A stretch of 35,300 bases of DNA from Myxococcales bacterium (GTDB lineage Bacteria > Myxococcota_A > UBA9042): positions 1 to 35,300 of the forward strand of contig JBBISH010000064.1 of the NCBI GenBank assembly GCA_037441385.1, read 5' to 3'. A program made the translations under genes and the position numbers. Numbering within the stretch: the stretch's first letter is position 1; each line of letters opens with the position of its first letter. Shown piece by piece: positions 12,950 through 21,112 of this stretch. Below the pieces are notes generated by a model. It saw only the letters and a program-made list of their open reading frames with translations, searched no databases and was not told where the DNA came from.

Positions 12950-13271
12950 CGAGCTCGTGTTTCCGGCGTTGTCGTAGGTGTAGTTCGCCGTCGTGCCGCC
13001 GATCGTATCGCTGCTCAGCCGACTACTGTCCGACGCGTAGCTATTTGATCGCGTCCACGACGCCGGACTCTGCCCCGGAACGAAGTGCTGAACTTGGCTC
13101 AGATTTCCGTCCGCGTCGTAGGCTAACTGCTGAATATAGTTGCGAGCAGCCGTCCCCGAGGGTGGGGGAGCGGGCCCAAACCCCGTGCCGCTCGGCCGTA
13201 TTCATTCTTGTTCTTGGGCAGCTGGGCACTGGATCCTGACTGTTTATCGCGGCTTCGCGCCCTGTCGCCGT
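12950..13271 (-). pseudogene. Degenerate upstream Rhs fragment of cassette 1
   Basis: Matches 15408-15711 (TATGREAAINSQDP...YDADGNLSQVQHF). Frameshifted by a 24-nt segment at 13195-13218. Confidence 0.8.
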
Positions 13272-13287
13272 AGAACAGGTGGCGTGG

Positions 13288-13530
13288 TTTGGGCGTCCCG
13301 GGCCGGCGACGGGGGCTGCTGGCCGGTTCGTGAAGGGCTTGCGCCGGCCCGTCGCGCTCCGGCCGCCGGTCGAAGAAAGATCAGGCAGGAGTCGAAGTTG
13401 CTTGCTCCCGGCGGTGGCGACGCTACCCCGCGCCGCCACCCCAGCGGGGCCTGGATCGCTGACGCGGAACTAGCCGCGTTTCGAGAGATCGCGGTTAGAA
13501 GTGCACGCAAGCACGACGACTTGGCTAACA
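13288..13530. repeat. Repeat family C copy 2
   Basis: Same core as copy 1; ends at TTGGCTAACA and lacks the terminal palindrome. Confidence 0.88.
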
Positions 13531-13555
13531 CTCACATGTGGGCTGCGGAGGGGTA

Positions 13556-14143
13556 CTAGCCGTGACTGGGCGCCCCGCCGCCAAGGCGAAGCCAGTGGTG
13601 CCGCGCCACCTGCACGTCGGTCTTGTACGTGCCGGCAAGTCGCTCAATCAGCGCGGCGACCCTTTCCCGTTCTTCGGGCAATGCGTGCTCCAGCAAGGCC
13701 TCGATGTCCGCCTCGTCCTGCCGCCGCTGCCGGTGCACCACCGCCACCAGCTTAAAGAGCAGCAAATACGGCAAGGTCACCACCGGCACGCTGACCATTG
13801 GAAACAGCTCGATCTTCTCGGCCTGGGCACACGCTTCGGCCTCAAGGCCAGTTGCACCAAGCAGCAGGTCGACGCGGACTTGCCCGCTGATGAGGCGCAT
13901 CGCGGCTACTTCATTGGTGCCGTCCACGGCGAGCAGGGCATCGATGGCCAACCCGCGCGCAGCCAGGCTGCGGCCCAGAGAATCCACTGCGCTTGGCTGC
14001 ACCGCCACCGCCAAGTCGATGTCGCGAGTGAAGCGCGGCTCGCTGCGCGCCGAGACAGCCAAGCCGCCAATCAGCGCAAAGGGCACGTGCAATTCGGTCA
14101 AAACACGGCAAATATCGCGGAGAGCGGCAGCAAGCGCTGTCAT
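13556..14143 (-). CDS. MenT1-like (Rv0078A-like) nucleotidyltransferase toxin
   Basis: FALIGGLAVSARSEPRFTRDIDLAV, VDLL, LLLFKL and RRQDEADI closely match M. tuberculosis MenT1 as recalled (WALVGGFAVSARSEPRFTRDVD). ATG 14143 overlaps the upstream stop (ATGA). Confidence 0.87.
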   Translation of the reverse strand: MTALAAALRDICRVLTELHVPFALIGGLAVSARSEPRFTRDIDLAVAVQPSAVDSLGRSLAARGLAIDALLAVDGTNEVAAMRLISGQVRVDLLLGATGLEAEACAQAEKIELFPMVSVPVVTLPYLLLFKLVAVVHRQRRQDEADIEALLEHALPEERERVAALIERLAGTYKTDVQVARHHWLRLGGGAPSHG

Positions 14144-14391
14144 GTCTGGGCCGTGTGTGGGGCGGAGGGCAACTCCGCGTCGGCGGCTAGCGCCACAACA
14201 TGAACGGCCGGCCATTTCTCGGCGGGCGCGCCAAGCAGCCAGGCAGACAGTTGCATTTGCGCGCCCTCGACGCCAAGCGCTCGCTCCAGCCGCAAGCGCA
14301 CCATGGCCACGCCGTCGTCGTACATTTCTAGCGCCTGCAGTAGCTTGGCGGCGGCAGGCTCTTGGCGAGAGGAGTCGCGGTCAGGGCGCAC
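14140..14391 (-). CDS. MenA1-like (Rv0078B-like) antitoxin
   Basis: AAAKLLQALEMYDDGVAMVRLRL resembles MenA1 as recalled (AAQKLRLALDMYEVGEQMQRMRL). GTG start with GGAG RBS; translationally coupled to the toxin. Confidence 0.8.
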   Translation of the reverse strand: MRPDRDSSRQEPAAAKLLQALEMYDDGVAMVRLRLERALGVEGAQMQLSAWLLGAPAEKWPAVHVVALAADAELPSAPHTAQT

Positions 14392-14556
14392 GGCCAAGCT
14401 CCAAACGCCCGTAACGGCGCCAGGATAGTGTACCGTGGGGGCCGTGGTGGCGCTACCTCGAAGGCGACACCCCAGCGCGTCGTAAACCAGAATCGGCGTC
14501 ACTGCTTGGGTGCGTAACGCCGCATCGGTCTCGCTGTCGCTCGATTTGCCTTGAAA

Positions 14557-14840
14557 CGGCTACGGAAAAGGGAGTGGGGTTTGGGCGTCCCGGGCCGGCG
14601 ACGTGGGTGCTGGCGGGGTCGGGAGGGGCTTGCGCCGGCCCGTCGCGCTCCGGCCGCCGGTCGAAGGAAGGGCAGGCGAGAGTCGAAGTGGCCTGCTCCC
14701 GGCGGTGGCGACGCTCGATCGCGCCGCCACCCCGAGAGGGCCGGGATCGCTGACGCGGAACTGCCTGCTGTTCCAGAGATCGTCGCTAGAAACGTTTGGA
14801 TTCACCTGGACTTGACTAACAAGTTGCGACGTCGCAACTT
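14557..14840. repeat. Repeat family C copy 3
   Basis: Same core; ends in the perfect palindrome AAGTTGCGACGTCGCAACTT (14821-14840). Confidence 0.9.
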
Positions 14841-14912
14841 GCCTGGCATGCGGCTGCCCTGTGTTGGGTCGGGCAGTTGGTCTGACCGCGGTCGTTGGCA
14901 AGTCTCAGCGAG

Positions 14913-15185
14913 CTAATGGGGCCACCCGCAAATGATCGCAACCGCTTCCCAGACAAAAACAAGGGCAAACACCGTGGTGGCGAGACTCATTAGCTGCGTA
15001 AACCTACGAAACTCAACCTTGCTCATGTCACGTGCGGCGTGTTCAAAGTTGAACACGGGCTCGTCGGTCCGACGAGCCCAATCTTGAAATCGCTCGCCGT
15101 ACCTCAACATAACGAACGCCGAAGCCAGTCCAAGGACCGCACCGCCAACGCACCCGAGAAAGTCCTTAAATTCTGTATTAGTCAA
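14913..15185 (-). CDS. Putative 2-TM membrane immunity protein (90 aa)
   Basis: TTG 15185 overlaps the TGA of an upstream toxin-tip remnant (TTGA). Hydrophobic helices FLGCVGGAVLGLASAFVML and LATTVFALVFVWEAVAIICG. Confidence 0.6.
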   Translation of the reverse strand: MTNTEFKDFLGCVGGAVLGLASAFVMLRYGERFQDWARRTDEPVFNFEHAARDMSKVEFRRFTQLMSLATTVFALVFVWEAVAIICGWPH

Positions 15186-15390
15186 TTCTTCGTCGCCTCG
15201 GGCCAACTCAGTGCCCCGAACCAGCCCCATTCTGAGGCGTAGTGAAGCCCGAATCCAACTTCTGGCGGCCACGCGCCAGCTTGGTTTTCCGTCCCGAGCG
15301 AGAGATCCGTGCCGATGCCTAACCCGACAGAAGGGCCTAGACTGAATCCCGTCAGACGTTTCTGGGTCTCGCCTGGCGTGGCGGGCCGCC
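15182..15390 (-). pseudogene. Remnant of a Gly-rich Rhs C-terminal tip
   Basis: Alternative frame RPATPGETQKRLTGFSLGPSVGLGIGTDLSLG...GFGLHYASEWGWFGALSWPEATKN*, fused out of frame to the Rhs fragment at MPHLPG. Confidence 0.5.
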
Positions 15391-16210
15391 CCCGGCAAGT
15401 GCGGCATAGAGCTAGTGTTTCGGGCGTTGTCGTAGGTGTAGCTCGCCGTCGTGCCGCCGATCGTATCGCTGCCCAGCCGACTACTGTCCGAAGCGTAGCT
15501 GTACGATCTCGTCCACGACGCCGAACTGTCTCCTGGAACGAAGTGTTGAACTTGGCTCAGATTTCCGACCGCATCGTAGGCGATCTGCTGCTGGTAGTTC
15601 CTCGCGGCCGTCCCCGAGGGCGGGGGAGTGGGCCCAAACCCGGTCCCGCTCGTCACCCAGCTGGGCACAGGATCCTGACTGTTTATCGCAGCTTCGCGCC
15701 CAGTCGCCGTCACCAGCCGGTACAGCGGGTCGTAGGTATGGTCCCAGTCCGGCGGTTGCTGCTGGTTGTCGAAATAGCTCGGCCCAATCCCATCATCGTG
15801 GACGTGGACGACGTTGCCGACCGGGTCGTACGTCAGCTTGAGATCCTGCAGCACCGCCGAGTCGCCGCTCCGCACGGTCTGCTGCCGCACCAGCCGGAAG
15901 GTCGGGCTGTCGTACGTCAGCGTAGAACTCGTGGTATTGCCGTAGCTGATCCCCGTGCGCTGGCCCTTGGCGTTGTACGAAATCGACGACACGACCGTGC
16001 TGCTCGACTGCCCCGTTCTCCCAACGACTACAGAAACCAATAGCCCGCGCAGGTTGTAGGTCTTGGTCACCGTCGTCAGGTTGATCGAGGTCTGCGACGT
16101 CACCCGCCCCAGCGCGTCGTAGCTCGTCGCCGTCGTGTACGGGCTTCCCAGATTCGAGCCCGGCACCGAGCTCCACGCGGTGATCGTGGTCTGATAGTTC
16201 GGGTCGCGCG
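15391..16210 (-). pseudogene. Internal TcC/Rhs YD-repeat fragment (cassette 3; Rhs core deleted)
   Basis: YDALGRVTSQ, YNAKGQRTGISYGN, LQDLKLTYDPVGNV, YDPLYRLVTATGRE, YDAVGNL, MPHLPG. No own start; homology with the other cassettes stops at 15391. Confidence 0.85.
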
Positions 16211-16213
16211 AAA

Positions 16214-16510
16214 CGGTTACGGAAAGGGGTTGCTGCGTGCGGCGTGGGCTTTGGGCGTCCCGGGCCGGCGACGAGGGGTGCTGGCGGGTCGCGGATGACT
16301 TACGCCGGCCCGTCGCGCTCCGGCCGCCGGTCGAAGAAAAGTCTGGCGAGAGCCGAGGTGGCTTGCTCCCGGCGGTGGCGACGCTAGCCCGCGCCGCCAC
16401 CCCAGCGGGGCCTGGATCGCTGACGCGGAACTGGCTGCCTTTCGAGAGTTTGGAGTTGGAAACGCCCGAAATCACCTGGACTTGGCGTACAAGTTGCGGC
16501 GCCGCAACTT
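16214..16510. repeat. Repeat family C copy 4
   Basis: Same core; perfect palindrome AAGTTGCGGCGCCGCAACTT at 16491-16510. Confidence 0.9.
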
Positions 16511-16583
16511 CTTGGACGGCGGCTCTGGTCCCTTGCGTGGTCGTGCGTGTGCTGGTCACTGGCCGTGTCGTTCCGGCTGTGGT

Positions 16584-16935
16584 TTCATTCCGGCGCCGGA
16601 ATGAACGTGTTTGGCAGGCGACCGTCGGAGGGCCAGGTAGAGGGATGCAATTTGCCGCCAGTTCCACCGGGTCGGCCCACACTGGGCAAGTCATCGAAGC
16701 GGTCGCGGTGCAGGCGGCCAAAGGCGACTTGATTCGTATGGCGCGAAATCTCAATGACGACGTTGGCGCCGCCGGTCTGGCTGGGTGCGGAGCGCTCGCT
16801 GGGCGGGCAACTGACGAGGGCTTGCCAGAGCCGGTTGGTCGGGATGGTCGCGCCGCGATTGCCGTGGTCGTCGCGGTTGTAGATGGTCGTGGTGTAGGGC
16901 TTGACGGTTCGTTCGAAGTAGGCGGGTTTGGGCAT
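16584..16935 (-). repeat. Repeat D copy 2 / possible 116-aa ORF
   Basis: ORF MPKPAYFERTVKPYTTTIYNRDD...FIPAPE with GC3-rich codons; duplicate of 10606-10950. Confidence 0.7.
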
Positions 16936-17013
16936 TTGGGTGCTCGGCGTGGTGGTAGTTGCTTGACCTTGCGGTCATCGTGGGCGGTGTGGACTTCGTG
17001 GTCAAGGCGTGGA

Positions 17014-17092
17014 CCGGCCCGTCGCGCTCCGGCCGCCGGACAAGGGCGAATCCTGAGCAGAATTCAGCGGGGCCTGGATCGCTGACGCGGAA
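17014..17092. repeat. Repeat family C copy 5 (internally deleted)
   Basis: CCGGCCCGTCGCGCTCCGGCCGCCGG...CAGCGGGGCCTGGATCGCTGACGCGGAA. Confidence 0.8.
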
Positions 17093-17188
17093 TCCTAGCC
17101 CCACCCTGGTCTGCGACACGTCAGCGAGCCGACCACACGGAGTATGTCGGTATGCGCCAACATGAGGACACCGTTCCACGCCGAATAC

Positions 17189-17566
17189 CTAGCCCGAGTG
17201 TCGCTCGTAGCCAAGGCGCCCCCGCCCTGGAAGCCGTGACTCCCACTCGCACGCCACCACGACCCGTATTCCCTTCGAGTGCAATCCCTCCATAAGCGAC
17301 GAGATAACCCTTAGAAACTTGTCGAGGTCAACAGAGTCGCTGACGGCTTCAATATCAAGCGCGAGCGGGAAGTAGATGAAGTCGTCGGATTCTACCTTGG
17401 CAGGGCCTCGACAAATATTCTCGTTCCGATCAACATCTATCTCAATCCCGCTCGCCTCGATTGTCCAACCGTCAATACTTCCGTTTACCGCCTTGGCGAC
17501 CAACTCAAGGACGCTGGTGCGGTCAAGGCCTCCATCCACATACGCTTTGGCAAACCTGGCCACCAT
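17189..17566 (-). CDS. Putative immunity protein for Rhs-CT 2
   Basis: 125 aa, starts 3 nt after the toxin stop. FIYFPLALDIE...GIRVVVACEWESRLP pattern resembles small proteins seen downstream of polymorphic toxins. Confidence 0.75.
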   Translation of the reverse strand: MVARFAKAYVDGGLDRTSVLELVAKAVNGSIDGWTIEASGIEIDVDRNENICRGPAKVESDDFIYFPLALDIEAVSDSVDLDKFLRVISSLMEGLHSKGIRVVVACEWESRLPGRGRLGYERHSG

Positions 17567-17569
17567 GGA

Positions 17570-19048
17570 CTACCTCAATGGGATGTACGGCCCCTGGTCA
17601 AATGGCCCGCCGATTCGAATGACCGAAATGTCGACTCGCATGCTGAACTCCTTGGCTAGCGATCGACGTAGTCCACGGAGCCCGGCTTCACCCGCCTGGA
17701 TCTTACCGGTCGCGCTGGCGTGTTGCATCGTGCGCTCCAGTGCCGAACCTGAATTCGGCGTTCCAAATCGACTCTTAAGGAACGCGTCGAACTTGTCGGA
17801 CGAGAGGCGGACTGCAATGTCAATGTCGGACGAGGCTCCGGCGGTACCGCTCGCGCGGCTTCCATGAACGGCTATGTCATCACCGATTTGGCCGACTCCG
17901 CGACGCACAAGAGTCGAGAACTCTGCGAATCTTTGGCTGCTCAGTCCTTGCGGGGCCTTCGATACCCGAATGGCCAACACCGCAATACGCCTCGTGACTT
18001 CCTTCTCCACCCTGCCAATCGTCGGAGACGGAGAACTGCGGCCTGCTGCAGCAACTAAACCTTCGACAAATCCAATGAGAATGCCGCCTGCAGCCACCGA
18101 GGCATCCGATGTCGCCTGAGAGACGTCCCCGTGCTTGGCTTCAAGCGCGGCCTTGGCCGCTAGTTGCCCTGATTCGGCCGTGCGGATTCGAGTCTCGTTG
18201 GCCCCCTGGAGCAACGCCTCCGCGCCGACGCCCAGCGCGAGGGCCACAGCACCAGATGCTCTTTCAAGCATACTGCTGTCCTGCGACGCGGCGGCCCGGG
18301 CCGACATGCGGTTGGCTGCCTGGACTGCGGCCAGAGGGGCCCAATCGTGCGATACGGCTATCGCGGGCAAGCGAACATCCACCGCCCCATCCGGATCCAC
18401 CCGAGAAACCGGATTCCCCGAACAAAACTCGTACGAACTGCGCCCAGCGTGGAAAACCGGATCCCCAGCCGTCCACCGCCCCAACCAGGCCGCAAAGTAC
18501 CGAGCCCCAAAGTAATAAAGCCCGTTCTCGCTATCGCACTCCTTGCCGGCATACCTGTACCGCTTGACCGAAAACCCCGAATACCCCGACGCCGCAAACG
18601 CATACGCCGTGCCGCCATATGGATAATACTCTTCGCGGGTTAGCACCTGCCCAGAGTCCGTGGTCTCCAAGCACGAACTGCCCAGGTGATTGCCCAACTG
18701 GTACCGCAGCACCGCCGTCGAGTTCAGCGTCACTCCCGCCTCAATGGTCTGTGCCTCGATCCGGGCCACGCAGGTTCGGTCGTCCATCACCGCCAGCGTC
18801 TGCCACTCGGTCTGAACGGCGCTACCTAAGGTGCGGGTGATCTCGAACCCGCCCGGCAAATACACCGTGACCTTACTTGGGGTTAGCGTGTAGCCGCTCA
18901 AACTCCCGTACCGCTTGACCACCCGATTGCCGCCGCCGTCGTAGCTGTACCTGGCCACCGCGCTGCTGCTGGCGTAGGTCTGCTCCAGCCGGTTGGCGTA
19001 GTTCCACTTCAGGCCTGCCGTACCGCCCGAACCAGGCAAGTGCGGCAT
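17570..19048 (-). CDS. Orphan TcC/Rhs core plus C-terminal Pol-beta-type nucleotidyltransferase domain
   Basis: Core nearly identical to 11456-12949 up to NPVSRVDPDG, then an unrelated tip with IAVHGSRASGTAGASSDIDIAV...RVDISVI (hGS-DxD-D). Confidence 0.85.
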   Translation of the reverse strand: MPHLPGSGGTAGLKWNYANRLEQTYASSSAVARYSYDGGGNRVVKRYGSLSGYTLTPSKVTVYLPGGFEITRTLGSAVQTEWQTLAVMDDRTCVARIEAQTIEAGVTLNSTAVLRYQLGNHLGSSCLETTDSGQVLTREEYYPYGGTAYAFAASGYSGFSVKRYRYAGKECDSENGLYYFGARYFAAWLGRWTAGDPVFHAGRSSYEFCSGNPVSRVDPDGAVDVRLPAIAVSHDWAPLAAVQAANRMSARAAASQDSSMLERASGAVALALGVGAEALLQGANETRIRTAESGQLAAKAALEAKHGDVSQATSDASVAAGGILIGFVEGLVAAAGRSSPSPTIGRVEKEVTRRIAVLAIRVSKAPQGLSSQRFAEFSTLVRRGVGQIGDDIAVHGSRASGTAGASSDIDIAVRLSSDKFDAFLKSRFGTPNSGSALERTMQHASATGKIQAGEAGLRGLRRSLAKEFSMRVDISVIRIGGPFDQGPYIPLR

Positions 19049-19428
19049 CGAGCTCGTGTTTCCGGCGTTGTCGTAGGCGTAGCTCGCCGTCGTGCCGCCG
19101 ATCGTGTCGCTGCCCAGGCGACTACTGTCCGACGCGTAGCTGTACGATCTCGTCCACGACGCCGAACTGTCTCCTGGAACGAAGCGCTGAACTTGGCTCA
19201 GATTTCCGAACGTATCGTAGGCGATCTGCTGAAAACAGTTCCGCGCCGCGGTCCCTGACGGCGGGGGAGCGGGCCCAAACCCCGTGCCGCTCGGCCGTAT
19301 TCATTCTTGTTCTTGGGCAGCTCGGCAGCGGATCCTGACTGTTTATCGCGACTTCGCGCCCTGTCGCCGTCAGCAACCGGTACACCGGGTCGTAGGCATG
19401 GTCCCAGTCGGGCGGTTGCTGCTGGTTG
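19049..19428 (-). pseudogene. Degenerate upstream Rhs fragment of cassette 2
   Basis: QQQPPDWDHAYDPVYRLLTATGREVAINSQDP; carries the same 24-nt frameshifting segment at 19294-19317. Confidence 0.8.
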
Positions 19429-19459
19429 CTGAAGTTGCACCACCGAGCGGCAACAGGGA

Positions 19460-19604
19460 TCCCGATCGGGACAGTATCCCAGGCCGCAGCTGGCCAAAGA
19501 CACCGCCAGCGCCAGATTCTTCCCTTTCGGGAATATCCTGTGTACTCTGCCGGTCAAGAGGCGGCCGCCAGGGCCGCTCAGGTGGCTTCCATGCCCGATC
19601 GGGA
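19460..19604 (+). promoter_or_regulatory. Putative HipB-type operators (three palindromes) and promoter
   Basis: TCCCGATCGGGA 19460-19471, TCCCTTTCGGGA 19521-19532, GCCCGATCGGGA 19593-19604; TACTCT -10-like hexamer near 19543. Confidence 0.65.
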
Positions 19605-19815
19605 ATCAATCGGCAGCTTCGTGCGCCACCGCCGCCGCGCCAACCGCATGACGCAGCGGCAACTAGCCGAATTGGCCGGCGTAGGGCTGCGCTTTCTGTC
19701 TGAGCTAGAGCGGGGCAAGGCGACGGTGCGCGTCGACGCCGTGGACCAAGTGCTACGCGTGTTTGGCAAGCAGCTGGGCGTGGTCGACGCGCCGCGACCG
19801 GATGAGGCGCTGTGA
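19591..19815 (+). CDS. hipB: HipB-like Xre HTH regulator (y4mF family)
   Basis: IGSFVRHRRRANRMTQRQLAELAGVGLRFLSELERGKATVRVD; stop overlaps the next start. Confidence 0.85.
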   Translation: MPDRESIGSFVRHRRRANRMTQRQLAELAGVGLRFLSELERGKATVRVDAVDQVLRVFGKQLGVVDAPRPDEAL

Positions 19816-20147
19816 TGGGGCGGCAGGCGCGGGTGCAGCTAGATGGTGAACTGGTTGGGCACCTTGAAGAAACTGCTGACGGCTACGTCTTTGCCTATGC
19901 CGCCGCTTGGGTCGCTCGCGCCGACGCGCGTCCGGTGTCGCTGACCCTGCCCGTTCGCCTTGCGCCCTATCGAAGCCCACGTCTGCACACCGCTTTCGCG
20001 AACTTGTTGCCAGAAGGCTGGTTGCTGGATTTGTCGGTCGCCAAGCTCAAGATTTCTGCCGACGATGTCTTTGGCTTGCTGCTCGCGGTCTGCCGCGACT
20101 GTGTGGGGGCCGTGGAGATCGTGCCCCTGGGCGGGGAGGCACCGTGA
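19812..20147 (+). CDS. hipS: HipA N-terminal-domain protein (HipS-like antitoxin)
   Basis: YVFAY, PVSLTLP, FANLLPEGW (conserved Trp), DCVGAVEI. Confidence 0.82.
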   Translation: MMGRQARVQLDGELVGHLEETADGYVFAYAAAWVARADARPVSLTLPVRLAPYRSPRLHTAFANLLPEGWLLDLSVAKLKISADDVFGLLLAVCRDCVGAVEIVPLGGEAP

Positions 20148-21076
20148 CCATCTGCCCGCTTTCGCTGGCTATTCTGCCGGATAGCAAGAGCCACGACGCC
20201 GCTGCGGCTCGGCGCCTATTTGGCGGGGACCGGATACCGACCGTCGACCTCGATATGGCGAAGCTGCATACGGTCGGCCTGGCGATGGTGGGCGTGACCT
20301 CGCTGTCTGGCGTGCAGCGCAAGCTGTCGCTCGGCCTTGATAGCGCACGCATGACGCTGCGGCTGCAGACTGAGGGCCGCCAGTTCATCGTAGTGCCGCC
20401 GACCGACCGCTTTGCCGGCCTGCCCGCCAACGAGCATGTGACGATGCGGATCGCCGCGCGCTGCGGTCTGCAAGTGCCCGAGCATGGCCTTTTGCAGCTA
20501 GGCGACGGCACCTTGGCGTACATCGTCGCTCGCTTTGACCGCCCCGTGGCCGGCGGCAAGCTGGCGGTTGAGGATTTTTGTGCGCTTTCTGAGCGCTATC
20601 CGGCCGAAAAGTACCGTGGTTCCGCTGAGCTGTGTGCGCGGGTGGTGCGGCGCTTTGCGTCGGAGCCGGGCATCGCGCTGCGCGACCTTTTTCGGCAGTT
20701 CTTGTTTGCATGGTGGACGGGCAACGGCGACCTGCACCTCAAGAACCTGTCGCTGTGGACCGACGGCACCGGCAAGGTCGGCCTGTCGCCTGCCTATGAC
20801 TTGTTGAATACGCGGCTGTTTTTGCCCGACGACGAGTTGGCGCTGTCGATTTGCGGCCACAAGAAGGAGCTCACGCCGCGGATGTGGGGCGAATTCGGCG
20901 CATATTGCGGTCTGCCCACGCGGGCCATCGCGAGCGTTGCCGGTGGCCTTCTTGCTGCGCTGCCGGATGCCTGTGCGCTGGTCGAGCGCTCGTTCTTGGT
21001 GGAGGCGCAACAGCAGGCCTACGTAGAGCTTTTGAACAAGAGGACTTTGCTGCTGGCCGAGCTTGCGCACCGATAG
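20144..21076 (+). CDS. hipT: HipA-family kinase domain (HipT-like toxin)
   Basis: P-loop TSLSGVQRK, NEHVTM, ARFDR, EDFC, GNGDLHLKN, LSPAYDL; GTG 20144 overlaps the upstream stop. Confidence 0.85.
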   Translation: MTICPLSLAILPDSKSHDAAAARRLFGGDRIPTVDLDMAKLHTVGLAMVGVTSLSGVQRKLSLGLDSARMTLRLQTEGRQFIVVPPTDRFAGLPANEHVTMRIAARCGLQVPEHGLLQLGDGTLAYIVARFDRPVAGGKLAVEDFCALSERYPAEKYRGSAELCARVVRRFASEPGIALRDLFRQFLFAWWTGNGDLHLKNLSLWTDGTGKVGLSPAYDLLNTRLFLPDDELALSICGHKKELTPRMWGEFGAYCGLPTRAIASVAGGLLAALPDACALVERSFLVEAQQQAYVELLNKRTLLLAELAHR

Positions 21077-21112
21077 TGAAGGTTCGGGGTGACCGGGGAG
21101 GATTGGCAGTGG

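Noticed and set aside
14913..16754. 613-aa ORF as one real protein
   Set aside because: It is a chance read-through of repeat D (off-frame), repeat C, an Rhs fragment, an off-frame tip and the immunity gene.
11456..19048. Near-identical Rhs cores as DGR template/variable repeats
   Set aside because: No reverse transcriptase, and the differences are not visibly adenine-specific; homologous orphan cassettes explain them.
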